Shown: piece after piece, positions 49,265 through 59,201 of the stretch | Layout: the number at the start of each line of letters is the position of its first letter | Numbering within the stretch: the first letter of the stretch is position 1 | Assembly (NCBI GenBank): GCA_947494155.1 | Contig: CANLTW010000005.1 | Coordinates: forward strand, 1-64,000 | Direction: 5' to 3' | Source of the DNA: Chlamydiota bacterium | Lineage (GTDB): Bacteria > Chlamydiota > Chlamydiia > Chlamydiales > RGXB01 | DNA: 64,000 nt | Made by a program: the position numbers and the translations under genes | The notes under the pieces: generated by a model | The model's input: the letters and a program-made list of their open reading frames with translations, nothing else | Database searches by the model: none | Told to the model about the DNA's origin: nothing

Positions 49265-50782
49265 TTAAACATCAAAATTAGGCTGAAGTTTTTTTTCATC
49301 GACAATCTTTTCCCCTTTTTCCACAATCGGAGCGTCCTTAAACCAAAAAGCCCCTAATGCATAAAGAACAAAAGGGACCAAAAGAACACTAAAAAACTGA
49401 GAAGCCTTTTCCATAAACGGTTTTGGATAGGTTGTGGACCAGTAAAGATCGGGAAAAAGCGTAAGAGAGACTAAGGTGATCAGCGCAACCAAACTAAGGT
49501 GTTTTGCCAAACTGCGGATAGGGTAAGGAGCATTCAATTTTCTTGCAAGATATGCCCACTGCAACCAAAAGCTGATCGAGGTTGTCAATGCAATAGCCCA
49601 ACTCCCTGCATTCCATACAAAAACCAGGATCATGTTCAGTATCGTGTTAGTCACTACTGCAATAAACGTCCCCTTCATTGGGGTTTTGAAATCTTGCGCC
49701 GCATAAAAAGAGGGGGCCAAAAGCAAGATCAGACCAGAGGGAATGAGACCTATTGTGTAAAAAGCTAAAGCCTGTGCTGTGATCGTTACATCCGCATCTA
49801 AAAAGGCGCCCCTGCCATAGATAAGACTTACGAACGGGGGTGCTGCAACAAAAAATAGAAGGGTAAAGGGGGCTAGAAGTTTGAGTGTAAGCCTTAGACT
49901 TTTTTCCGTTAGGTAGTGGTACTGATCTAAATCCTTCCCCTGGTAGGCTCTCGCAAGCAACGGGGCTATGGCCTGGCTTACTGCAACCCCAAAAAGACCC
50001 ATTGGTACCTGCTCTAATTTGATCGCATAGCTCAAAAAAGCTGCCCCTTTTGGGTCAGCCCATTTTGCAAATAAAAGATCAATCGCTCCATTTAACTGAG
50101 TAGCTGCAACACCGGTAAGGGTCAAAAAGAGAGGTTTCAAAAGTTCTTTTACCTCTATGGAAAAAGGGCGGAATTGGAACCAATCCCTAAAACTGATCTT
50201 TAAGCATTTAATTGTTTTGGGTAAGAGGATCAGCCATTGGAACAAAAACGCTACCGAAATAGACAAGGCAATCCCCTTAAGCGCCTGAGATTGGTCTTCG
50301 GCTGCAAACAAAAAGCAGCCACCTACCCAAATAAGATTGAAAATAGTAGGGGCTACAGAGGGGAGAAAAAAATGTCCATGGCACTGTAAAAAAGCCATAA
50401 ATAGAGCATATAAAACGATAAAGACTACACCCGGAAGCATATAGCTTGCTACGGATCCAAAAAATAGCAGTGTAATCAAAAAAATAGTTGGCACTAAAAC
50501 AAAAACAAGTGACCAAAAAAGATCTCGAAAAAAAAGGTCGGCTTTTTTTTGTTCTAATTGACGATACCTTTCATAAACAGGGATGAATCCATTGCTTACC
50601 CCCCCCTCTCCCAAAAGGCGCCGAAAAATATTTGACCATCGGTAGGAGATAAAAAAATCCCCCACTAAAGCGCTTGCCCCAAAACAGATGGACATCGAAA
50701 GTTCTCTTAAAAGTCCCCCCAAACGACTGATCAGAGTTCCTAAAAAAAAATGGACTGCCTGACGAATCATACTCTCCCTCAC
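49265..50782 (-). CDS. murJ: Lipid II flippase MurJ (MviN)
   Basis: SRLGGLLRE, RRLLGEGG, YAIKLEQVP.G.FG, YGRGAF, FYA..D.KTP. Confidence 0.92.
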   Translation of the reverse strand: MRESMIRQAVHFFLGTLISRLGGLLRELSMSICFGASALVGDFFISYRWSNIFRRLLGEGGVSNGFIPVYERYRQLEQKKADLFFRDLFWSLVFVLVPTIFLITLLFFGSVASYMLPGVVFIVLYALFMAFLQCHGHFFLPSVAPTIFNLIWVGGCFLFAAEDQSQALKGIALSISVAFLFQWLILLPKTIKCLKISFRDWFQFRPFSIEVKELLKPLFLTLTGVAATQLNGAIDLLFAKWADPKGAAFLSYAIKLEQVPMGLFGVAVSQAIAPLLARAYQGKDLDQYHYLTEKSLRLTLKLLAPFTLLFFVAAPPFVSLIYGRGAFLDADVTITAQALAFYTIGLIPSGLILLLAPSFYAAQDFKTPMKGTFIAVVTNTILNMILVFVWNAGSWAIALTTSISFWLQWAYLARKLNAPYPIRSLAKHLSLVALITLVSLTLFPDLYWSTTYPKPFMEKASQFFSVLLVPFVLYALGAFWFKDAPIVEKGEKIVDEKKLQPNFDV

Positions 50783-50826
50783 CTAAAGCTCTCTTATCCT
50801 CATTAAATAATAAAGATAGAATAAAG

Positions 50827-51582
50827 TTATTTTACCCTTTTTAGGATCGTGAATCCATGACTATTTACATAATCCTCAAATTTTTCCCATGCAGTGTGGG
50901 AAACTAAAAAATCGTCTATTGCCCCTTTCAGCCCCTTTTTTTCTTTATTGAACTCTAAAATTGGTCTATACCTCTCAATGGAGTAGTCGGGTTCATCTTC
51001 ATATTCCCAATGACCATGGGTATGCAGAATAGCTATATATTTTTTTGTTGAATCGGCGAAATGTTCTAGTTCATGGTACAACCTAAAGTAGGAGTGGTGC
51101 GAGTTGATGTAGACTAGATCGGCTTCTATGGGTTGTTGAAATAACAATTCTTTTGCCTCAAATCTGCAATCGATCGCTCTTGGAATACTTTTTTTTAGCC
51201 ACTTTTTCTCTCTAATCTCTACCCCTTTATGAAGATAGATAGTGATTGTTTTTTCTGACTTCCCATTCTCCAAGAGGCCCAAAATCAGGCTTAAAGTCCC
51301 CCCTTGCTCACCCCCCCCCACCTCAACAATAGCTGAGGCATCCTGAGCTAATTCTTTAAGCCTTGCCATGAATGGGCTTACCTCATTAAAAAGAAAGCTC
51401 TTTTCAGACTCTTTTAGATATTCTTGCGCGATTTTTTCTGCCCCATGTCGTTCCCTTTTTTTTGCTACTCTTGTGAAAGAAGCCTCCACAAAAGGGGACC
51501 AAAGAAAGAGAAACGCTAGTGCCAGCTGTTTTGTTTTTAAAATTCGCAATCTATCCCCTTCTTTTAAATACTGTAAATCCAT
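50827..51582 (-). CDS. Divergent class I SAM methyltransferase-like paralogue
   Basis: C-terminal half similar to 51551-52261 (KKYI...EDEP...GL..A.DDFLV.H..W...Y.N.HGFT..KR); start uncertain. Confidence 0.65.
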   Translation of the reverse strand: MDLQYLKEGDRLRILKTKQLALAFLFLWSPFVEASFTRVAKKRERHGAEKIAQEYLKESEKSFLFNEVSPFMARLKELAQDASAIVEVGGGEQGGTLSLILGLLENGKSEKTITIYLHKGVEIREKKWLKKSIPRAIDCRFEAKELLFQQPIEADLVYINSHHSYFRLYHELEHFADSTKKYIAILHTHGHWEYEDEPDYSIERYRPILEFNKEKKGLKGAIDDFLVSHTAWEKFEDYVNSHGFTILKRVK

Positions 51583-52261
51583 GACAATTTGTGTAGCGCT
51601 CGGCCAATTCCCACTCTGGATGCCTTACTAAGAAATCATCTGCTGCTGCAAGAAGACCTCTTTTATCACGATCTACCCACGAGGGGTAATGACTCTTGTC
51701 GTTCCCGTAGGGTGCAGGCTCATCTTCGAAACCCCAAGGGGCATCCGTATCATGCATCGTGATATACTTTTTCACAAATGGGGAGAACTTTTCCAATTCA
51801 AACGTTAATTGCGCATAGGTGTGCAGTGTATCGATAAAAAGCATATCCACCTCGATAGGATCAAGGAAGGCGTCATCTTTGAGAATGAATAAAAACGAGA
51901 TATTGGATTTTCTTGCATTTTTTTCCAGTTTACTTAGAGTAGCGATCGGGGGGAAGAAAAGATCTACTCCTATGTAGCGTTTATTTGAAGCTTTGCTTTT
52001 ATCCAGCCCCGCCAAAATACCATAGGTGGAAACCATCCCTCTCACACCCAATTCTAAAACAGAATCGCATTCGGACGAAAGTCGTCTAAGGTGCTTTAAA
52101 TGTTCGTGAATATCCCCTGGACCCCTTTCCATTAGCTGGCAAAGGCCCTGCAATTCCCGATTTTCTCCCCCTCTTAGCGGACATAAAGACAAACAGGCAA
52201 CACCCCAAATGATATACTTATAAAATGCACGCATAAAAACCTTTATGTAATTAACACTCAT
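51551..52261 (-). CDS. Class I SAM-dependent methyltransferase-like protein (Methyltransf_24-like), probably exported
   Basis: VLELGVRG motif I, DMLFIDTLHTY, MHDT; hydrophobic N-terminus. Confidence 0.75.
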   Translation of the reverse strand: MSVNYIKVFMRAFYKYIIWGVACLSLCPLRGGENRELQGLCQLMERGPGDIHEHLKHLRRLSSECDSVLELGVRGMVSTYGILAGLDKSKASNKRYIGVDLFFPPIATLSKLEKNARKSNISFLFILKDDAFLDPIEVDMLFIDTLHTYAQLTFELEKFSPFVKKYITMHDTDAPWGFEDEPAPYGNDKSHYPSWVDRDKRGLLAAADDFLVRHPEWELAERYTNCHGFTVFKRRG

Positions 52262-52346
52262 TAAAGCATATTCAAATCTTGAGTATTAAGCAACTTCGAG
52301 GCAGTCTAATTAAAACTTTTAATTTAGATGTCTTTCTTAAGCTTTT

Positions 52347-54074
52347 TTATTTTACGATCGGACGCCTGTGTTTGATTTCATCAAAGCTTTTAGCCAGCTC
52401 CTCTAAAAGAGGCTCGTCGTGGGGATTATTTTGCATTTTTTTAATGATGGTTTCCCTCTGTTTCAACCAATTGCGCTCCAATATTTTTCGCACAGTTTCG
52501 ATCATCAGAATTTCTGCTCTTTCAATAGGGATTTTTTTTGAGAGGATTCTATCGATAAAAGGTTGCAAATTTATCGATTCGGGATGGGAAAGCACCTCCA
52601 TTAAATCCCCCTTTTTTTCCATCAAAAGCTCGTAGAGTTTCTGCATTTCAGGGTGGATGAGATCTCTATTTTCAAGATTTTTAAGGGCGATATCTTTAGT
52701 CAGCTCATAAGCGACAATTAACCAACGGACTAGATCTCCCTCTAAAATGAGATCAAAATCGACAACCTCTTTAGTTGCAGCAATAGGATGCTCCACTCTT
52801 AAATCCTCGTTGGATTCGATAAAATCCAGGGGGATTTGAAACATGTGTGCGATCCTTTTTTTCCCCTCATGACGCATCACTGGATCGATCCAATCATTAA
52901 CGAGGTGAACCATCTCCTTGATCACCTGGCTTTTCACAGCAGGTAAATTAAGGTCTTTATTTTTCACCAGGACCGACTTGAAAAAATCGAGATAGGAGAG
53001 CGATTTTTCCAGAAGCTCTTCGAATGACTTTTTCCCTTTTTTTAACAAAATCGTGTCGGGGTCCTCCCCTTTCGATAGCACGGGAATCAGCACCTCTATC
53101 CCCTGTTTAAGGAAGAGTTGCCCCACCTTTAAAGCTGCCCGTTGCCCAGCAGTATCCCCGTCAAAAGCTATAAACACCTCCTCCACACCAAGATCTTTGA
53201 CCTGCAACACATGCGTCTCGGTAAAAGCGGTTCCTTGCCCGGCTAGAGTAAAATCGAATCCCTCATGAATAAGGCGCATCGCATCGATCTGCCCCTCAAC
53301 GATTAGGGCTTTTTTTTCTTTTACAATCCTTTTTCTCGATTCGTTAAGTCCAAAAAGGATTTGTGATTTTTTAAAAAGGGGCGTCTCTTTGGTGTTGATA
53401 TATTTAGGCCCACTCTCCTCCTCATGAAACCTCCGCGCTGTAAAACCTAAAACATTTCCGTGGGAATCTTTAATGGGGATGGTGATTCGATCCATAAAAA
53501 AAGGAAGGTTCCCTTTCCCTTTCATCGCACCAGCTTCAAACAAAGCCTCTAGGTCTATTTTAAAATCCTGCCTCCAAGCGTCAAACAGCCTGAGATCTTT
53601 AGGGGCTAACCCCATTTCAAAAAGGCGTATAAAGGAGAGATCCATCCCTCTATCGTAGAGGTAGCTTAGGGCAAGTTGCCCTTCAGGGGTATGCAAAAGA
53701 GTAAAATGGTAAAAACGGTTAAGCTCTTTGAGGACCTGCTTGAGAGGCATCAGACTTGGCCCCTTTTGCACCTCCTCAACGTAACGCATCTCCACACCGA
53801 ATCTTTCGCAAAGGGTTTGCACCGCCTCTTGAAAAGGGAGTTTGAGATGCTGCATCAAAAAACTGATCCCATCTCCATGAGCCCCGCACCCAAAACAGTG
53901 GTAGTGCATGTCTTTTCTTTGAACTACAAAGGAGGGGGTATGTTCAAAGTGGAATGGACAGAGGGCTTTAAATCCCCCAGGCGCTTTTTGAAACTGGACA
54001 TAAGGAGATAACACATCGACGATATCGATCTTTTTTTTCAGCTCTTCCAGCATTGCCGGATCAAAAAGGGGCAT
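52347..54074 (-). CDS. dnaG: DNA primase
   Basis: CPFH...TPSF...CFGC zinc finger, KYINT.ET..F.K, VEGQID, FDGDTAG, DPD. Confidence 0.97.
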   Translation of the reverse strand: MPLFDPAMLEELKKKIDIVDVLSPYVQFQKAPGGFKALCPFHFEHTPSFVVQRKDMHYHCFGCGAHGDGISFLMQHLKLPFQEAVQTLCERFGVEMRYVEEVQKGPSLMPLKQVLKELNRFYHFTLLHTPEGQLALSYLYDRGMDLSFIRLFEMGLAPKDLRLFDAWRQDFKIDLEALFEAGAMKGKGNLPFFMDRITIPIKDSHGNVLGFTARRFHEEESGPKYINTKETPLFKKSQILFGLNESRKRIVKEKKALIVEGQIDAMRLIHEGFDFTLAGQGTAFTETHVLQVKDLGVEEVFIAFDGDTAGQRAALKVGQLFLKQGIEVLIPVLSKGEDPDTILLKKGKKSFEELLEKSLSYLDFFKSVLVKNKDLNLPAVKSQVIKEMVHLVNDWIDPVMRHEGKKRIAHMFQIPLDFIESNEDLRVEHPIAATKEVVDFDLILEGDLVRWLIVAYELTKDIALKNLENRDLIHPEMQKLYELLMEKKGDLMEVLSHPESINLQPFIDRILSKKIPIERAEILMIETVRKILERNWLKQRETIIKKMQNNPHDEPLLEELAKSFDEIKHRRPIVK

Positions 54075-54752
54075 TCAGTAACTCTCCCTTTGCCGAAGAT
54101 AGCCTAATTCATATAAAGAAAGAAAGTTTTGTTGATGCACGATAAGATGATCTGTCATTTCAATTTCCAAAAAACCGCCCACTTTCTCTAACGTTCTTGT
54201 GCTGATAACATCCTCCTGAGAAGGAGTCAACACACCTAATAGATGGTTATGCACTAAAACGAACCCTGCAGCGTCGTGATATAGAAGGGGTTGAAAAATA
54301 TCTCTCATACGACAAAAAACTTTTTGGTTATCTCCGACACCAATTTTTTGCACAAAGATAGACTCTTTTTGTTTATTTCGTCCCACCAGCAAACAGATTT
54401 CAAGATTTTGCCCCAGAAAATCCGATTCTACAAGATCAAAAATTTTTTTAGGGCTATCCAAAAGATGTTTTTTTTCACAAGTTGATCCCCTTTTTCTCAT
54501 CTCCTGAAAAACTCTCCATACAAGGGCCTTTTTACCGTGAAACAAAGACTCTTGATCCGACTTTGCCAAGGAGGAATCAAAAAACGCCTTCAAACCTCCG
54601 GCGCTTTTAAGTTCCAGCTTCGCAGCACACAAAGCTTCTTTACCGTTTCCCCAAAATAAGGACCAGAGCTCCTCATTTGTAAGGGAGCCTTCACCATACA
54701 GCTCTAGTTTTTTTTCGAGAGAAAGCCCTTTTTTAGACAAGCTTGATCCCAT
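54075..54752 (-). CDS. radC: RadC/JAB-domain protein (divergent)
   Basis: G...L.N.EL, LVHNH..G..TPSQED, DHLIV. Confidence 0.75.
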   Translation of the reverse strand: MGSSLSKKGLSLEKKLELYGEGSLTNEELWSLFWGNGKEALCAAKLELKSAGGLKAFFDSSLAKSDQESLFHGKKALVWRVFQEMRKRGSTCEKKHLLDSPKKIFDLVESDFLGQNLEICLLVGRNKQKESIFVQKIGVGDNQKVFCRMRDIFQPLLYHDAAGFVLVHNHLLGVLTPSQEDVISTRTLEKVGGFLEIEMTDHLIVHQQNFLSLYELGYLRQRESY

Positions 54753-54753
54753 T

Positions 54754-56040
54754 TCACCCCTTTTTATAAGGTAGAGCTTTATACTCCAAAGACTGGGGTA
54801 TTTCGATCGTTAAGAGGATGTCATTCCCCTCGTATTCTGTCTCAAGGACTCTCCCCTCTTGCATAAGCTCTGAAGCCACATGGTAATGGCTTTGGGGGAT
54901 GCGCAATTCCATCACCTTCCTTAAAGATTGAATTTTCTCAATCATCAGACGAAATAGCTCATCATACCCTTGCTTTGTGATTGTAGAAATCACCACGGTA
55001 TCTGGGTAGCGGTATCGCAGCTCCTCGAGATTTTTCTTGTCTTCAACTTTATCCGCTTTATTAATAACGGTAATAATCGGCTTATCTTTTGCCCCTATCT
55101 CCTCTAATACTCGTATGGATTCTGTGGCATGCTCCAAAGCTTCAGGGTGGGATGCATCTACGACATGGAGTAAAATATCTGTATATACAGACTCTTCAAG
55201 TGTGCTTCTAAACGCATCGACCAGCTTATGTGGCAACTTTCGGATAAATCCCACGGTATCGATCAATAAAACATTTTGGTGGTTAGGCAACTGAAAACGG
55301 CGAGTAGTAGTATCTAGGGTCGCAAATAATTTGTCTTCAGACAAAACCCCCGCATCCGTCAAGCTATTCAATAAACTCGATTTCCCCGCATTCGTATACC
55401 CCACAATGGCAAAAGCAGGCACATGCGTGCGAAGCCGCTGCTGCCTTTGCAAAGCGCGATGGGCTCTTACCTCTTTGATTTCCTGTTCCACCATGACCAG
55501 ACGCCTGTCCAAAATACGACGGTCTATTTCGATCTGCTTTTCCCCCTCCCCTTTCAGGTATCCGCCCCCTCCGCTTCCGCCTCCGCCCCCAGTGCGCTGG
55601 CGGGATAAGTGGGTCCAAAGGCGCTTCAACCGGGGCAACTCATAGCGGATCTTTGCCGATTCCACTTGCAGGCGAGCCTCTTTAGAGTGGGCTCTTTGGG
55701 CAAAAACTTCGATGATCAACCCTGTCCGGTCAATCACAGGTTTTTTTAAAATGGCTTCAATATTCCGTTGTTGGTTGGGAGAGATCTCCTCATCGAAGAT
55801 CATGCAGTCATAGCCTTCGGCCACCATCCGCTCATGAATCTCCTCCACCTTCCCCTCCCCGATATAAGTTGCAGCCTCCACTTTTTTGATCGGGCAAGGC
55901 TCAAATCCAAACTCGGTAAAACCATAGGTTTCACCCAAGGCCTTGAGCTCTTCTAACGAATCCAGGCAAGCCTGTTTTGCGGATGCACCGCTAAAGGGGC
56001 CAACAAGTAGGGCTTTTTTTAATGAGGCTGTCATACGCAA
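54754..56040 (-). CDS. hflX: GTPase HflX
   Basis: Gly-rich GEKQIEIDRR, GYTNAGKS, LFATLD, DTVGFI, NKAD. Confidence 0.96.
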   Translation of the reverse strand: MRMTASLKKALLVGPFSGASAKQACLDSLEELKALGETYGFTEFGFEPCPIKKVEAATYIGEGKVEEIHERMVAEGYDCMIFDEEISPNQQRNIEAILKKPVIDRTGLIIEVFAQRAHSKEARLQVESAKIRYELPRLKRLWTHLSRQRTGGGGGSGGGGYLKGEGEKQIEIDRRILDRRLVMVEQEIKEVRAHRALQRQQRLRTHVPAFAIVGYTNAGKSSLLNSLTDAGVLSEDKLFATLDTTTRRFQLPNHQNVLLIDTVGFIRKLPHKLVDAFRSTLEESVYTDILLHVVDASHPEALEHATESIRVLEEIGAKDKPIITVINKADKVEDKKNLEELRYRYPDTVVISTITKQGYDELFRLMIEKIQSLRKVMELRIPQSHYHVASELMQEGRVLETEYEGNDILLTIEIPQSLEYKALPYKKG

Positions 56041-56074
56041 CTCTTCGAAAGGGGTCTAAAGGATCTATCCATTT

Positions 56075-56878
56075 TTAAGAAAGATTGATCGCTATTTTCA
56101 TCCCATCATACCCAAGTTGGACATTCGGGGGCAACCGCTTTGAAGCTTCTGGGTAATCGACTGAGTGGTCGAGATGGATAAAAAAGGTTTTTTCAGCCCC
56201 CGAGAGCTTACTGAAATGGTGTGCCTCCTCAAAGGTAAAATGGGCAATCGAGTCCCCATCGCGCACAGCGCCTAAAACAAGGGTCTTTATCCCTTTCAAT
56301 TCTTGGATCAACCTGGGCTCATAGCGCTTGATATCGGTTAGAAACGCAAAATCTCCCAGCCTAAAACCGGTGACTTGGGTCGGCCGTGTGTGCCCCTCAT
56401 TTTGCTGAGAGTACTCTAAAGTTTGAATTTTGCAGCCGTAAAAATCGAGCATCTCCCATCTTCGGATCTGCTTTAAATAAAAAGAGGGGGAATTTCCCCC
56501 AAGAACAGGCTTTAAAAGATAATTAATCCGTTTTTTTAGGTCTGAATATGTCGACCTGTTCGCATAAATCGGTAGAGATTGATTTGGATAGCCGGTGATC
56601 CATTTCACATCATCGATACCCGCGATATGATCAAAATGGTTGTGTGTTACAAAGAGGGCATCAATATGACACACCTTTTGCTCCAAAAGTTGATTTCTTA
56701 TATCGGGCCCAGCATCCACAAGGAGTTTTTTATCGCCAATCTCAAGCAAACCGGCGACCCTTTGACGTCTGTTTTTGGGTTCAATGTCCGTTTTTGTGCA
56801 AATAGCACACGAACACCCTAAGCGCGGTACGCCTGATGAGGTGCCGACCCCCAGAAGAGTGAATAGAGCTTGCGTCAT
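56075..56878 (-). CDS. MBL-fold metallo-hydrolase (PhnP-like)
   Basis: LGVGTSSGVP...C.C..C, DAGPD, THNHFDH. Confidence 0.9.
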   Translation of the reverse strand: MTQALFTLLGVGTSSGVPRLGCSCAICTKTDIEPKNRRQRVAGLLEIGDKKLLVDAGPDIRNQLLEQKVCHIDALFVTHNHFDHIAGIDDVKWITGYPNQSLPIYANRSTYSDLKKRINYLLKPVLGGNSPSFYLKQIRRWEMLDFYGCKIQTLEYSQQNEGHTRPTQVTGFRLGDFAFLTDIKRYEPRLIQELKGIKTLVLGAVRDGDSIAHFTFEEAHHFSKLSGAEKTFFIHLDHSVDYPEASKRLPPNVQLGYDGMKIAINLS

Positions 56879-56965
56879 AACTTCCCATAGTACACCGCTT
56901 TGAATTTTTTTGTGAAACTGCTTCGAAAAAAAAATGTAAAAAAAAGTTCGAGGGGCTGCTAAAAA

Positions 56966-57898
56966 TTAAGCGTACGCGCTGACAATCTCTTTAGCATATA
57001 GAGCGTGGTACAAAAGCCCTTTCGATCCAAGGCCGGTTAAGGCAACTTGATTAGCCCCCAGGGGAACAATTTGAGGAAGCCGCTCTTGTTTTTTTGAATA
57101 GACCCTTGTCCCCTCATACACACCCAAAGGGCTCAAAAAGGCCACTTCGGGAAAAATTTCCCGATTGCGCTCAATTAGCTCCTTCACTGCCCCTTCTTTG
57201 TCGCTAGGTAGATCCAAATTTGTCCTTTCATAGGTGGAGCCCACATGGTAAACGGCGGGATCGCTATCCAAAGCTATGTATCCTTTGTGGACTTTAGGGA
57301 GGCTAAAAATAGATTCCCCCCTTTGTACCTGCATAGCTTGCCCCCTAATCAATTGGAATTGGCCGGGAAGCTCTTTGTCTATCTCTTTACCGACCGCATA
57401 AAAAATCTGTTTGACCGTTGGATCATGGGGAACTTTTTCGGGGACATATTGAACCCCCATAGATAAGACCAAGGAATAGAGAGCCTCAAGATAGTCTCTG
57501 GAAAATACGTTCACCCCCTCTTTGACCAAAAATTCTCCCCCTTGGGTCCACTCGAAATACTGGGGATTTTGAACCCTTTTTTTTTCAAATACTACCCTTT
57601 GCTCAGCTGAGATGGGTGCATGTAGCACACCCCCGTCTTTATAAACTTTTTTCCTCACATGGCAACTTGCCGCATCCAAAAGCTCTTTTGTCGCCTTCAA
57701 CCCGTCGCTTGCTCTAAGCGATCTGGCTGCAAGGCGCCCCCCGATCGGTTCCAAAAGACCACTCGCCGCAGCGGAGGCAGATGCAAAAAGGGGGTTGGGA
57801 TCAAAAAGGGAGATTTTTGAACTAGGATACTTTTTCTTCAAGTGGTAGCAGATGGCAAGGCCCCCAAAACCTCTACCAGCAACAAAGTACTGATCCAT
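56966..57898 (-). CDS. FAD-dependent oxidoreductase (DAO/MnmC-C-like)
   Basis: VAGRGFGG dinucleotide motif, ASAAASGLL, RGQ, GSTYE, GLGSKGLL; start at ATG 57898 (track start 58072 looks over-extended). Confidence 0.82.
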   Translation of the reverse strand: MDQYFVAGRGFGGLAICYHLKKKYPSSKISLFDPNPLFASASAAASGLLEPIGGRLAARSLRASDGLKATKELLDAASCHVRKKVYKDGGVLHAPISAEQRVVFEKKRVQNPQYFEWTQGGEFLVKEGVNVFSRDYLEALYSLVLSMGVQYVPEKVPHDPTVKQIFYAVGKEIDKELPGQFQLIRGQAMQVQRGESIFSLPKVHKGYIALDSDPAVYHVGSTYERTNLDLPSDKEGAVKELIERNREIFPEVAFLSPLGVYEGTRVYSKKQERLPQIVPLGANQVALTGLGSKGLLYHALYAKEIVSAYA

Positions 57899-58121
57899 TT
57901 TTGTAGATGAGTCTCTCACTTTCCTTACCTTAAAAAGAAAAAACAGAATAGCACAAGAGGGGTTATAGTAAAAGCCAAAGCAAAATAAACAAAGGGCGTC
58001 AATTGACGATTTTTTCAAAAACTCTTTAGAAGTAAACTGTTGTGTAAATTTTATTTTAATTTTACCAGACATCTTTTTTTGACAATTAATTTTGTTGCTA
58101 GTAATAAAAAATTAATTATTT

Positions 58122-59192
58122 TTGAGATATTTTGTGGAAAAAAATAACGGCGATGATTCTTCAAAGGAGAAAACAGAAAAAGGGCAAAATCATCAGGAAA
58201 AAAATATAAATAATTACGATTCTCCCCGGTATAGAAAAGGGAAAGAAGACAAATTCCTCTCACCCGATGATCTCAATGTTTTAATCCGAATTATCCGACC
58301 CAAAGAATGGCTAGGCCTCGGTTGTTTAGGACTCATGGTCCTCTTTTTTTTTATTTGGCTTTTCAAAGGGGAAGTCGTTTCCGAAACCGATGGAAAGGGA
58401 ATTGTTTTAACTTCTGAAGGGTTACAAACCATATACTCAAGAAATGAGGGATTGGTCCAATCGATCCCACTTTTAGAAGGGGAAATTGTATATAAAGATA
58501 CCATAGCAGCTAAAATTTACGACAAAGACTACCTAAATTCTTACAATGCCCAAAGTACCAAAATAGCAGAGATCCAACTATCTTTAAACCGCATGAAGTC
58601 TCAGGAAAGCTCTTCCAAAGTGGAGGCTCTCCAGCTAGAACTCGAACAACAGATCGAAATTTTCAACGAATTAGAGGCTAATCCCCTCCTAATCCCTATT
58701 TTTTCTGAGGTGCAGGGCGAGGTTGTAGCAAAGTATGTTGGGCCAGGAGAATACGTTTACGCCGGGAGTGAAATCTGCCTGGTTGACCCCCTTTTTAATA
58801 AAGGGGATGACATCCTCGTTTACGGATTTTTTGATATCTCGAGTGGGCGTAAAATACAACCGGGGATGACGGCTTACATCTCCATGCAAAAGTATGTTGA
58901 CCCTGTTTACGGTAGCATAGTTGGTAAGGTCGTATATGTGGATCCGTACCCGGGAACCTCTGAGCGTTTTTTGAACTATTTAGCAAAAAACGAAGCTTTT
59001 CAAAAATTTATCGGTGAAAACAGTCCTAAATACAATTTAAGAATAGAAATACAAAAAGATCCTAATGATCCCTCCGGTTATCGATGGACCTCCAAGGAAG
59101 GTCCGAAAAATTTTCGTTTTACACCTGAATTTTGCAATATTCGGGTTCATATTTCGAAAAAACGTCCTATAGATTTAATTTTTCCGTGGTAG
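58122..59192 (+). CDS. NHLP-system secretion adaptor (HlyD family)
   Basis: LSPDDLN...II.P..W, TM, G.GI, KIQPGM, YGSIVGKV..V..YP, SGYRWTS..GP, KRPIDLIFP; start uncertain. Confidence 0.82.
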   Translation: MRYFVEKNNGDDSSKEKTEKGQNHQEKNINNYDSPRYRKGKEDKFLSPDDLNVLIRIIRPKEWLGLGCLGLMVLFFFIWLFKGEVVSETDGKGIVLTSEGLQTIYSRNEGLVQSIPLLEGEIVYKDTIAAKIYDKDYLNSYNAQSTKIAEIQLSLNRMKSQESSSKVEALQLELEQQIEIFNELEANPLLIPIFSEVQGEVVAKYVGPGEYVYAGSEICLVDPLFNKGDDILVYGFFDISSGRKIQPGMTAYISMQKYVDPVYGSIVGKVVYVDPYPGTSERFLNYLAKNEAFQKFIGENSPKYNLRIEIQKDPNDPSGYRWTSKEGPKNFRFTPEFCNIRVHISKKRPIDLIFPW

Positions 59193-59201
59193 GAGTCTGG
59201 T

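Noticed and set aside
51311..51319. C9 tract (and G8 tracts near 2593 and 9198) as phase-variation switches
   Set aside because: Homopolymers are common throughout the window and all the affected genes are in frame
54075..54752. radC as a marker of a mobile element
   Set aside because: Tightly packed between hflX and dnaG with no integrase, transposase or att-like repeats
57899..58121. RiPP precursor ORF upstream of the NHLP exporter
   Set aside because: No ORF with a double-glycine leader; the region looks like an AT-rich divergent promoter
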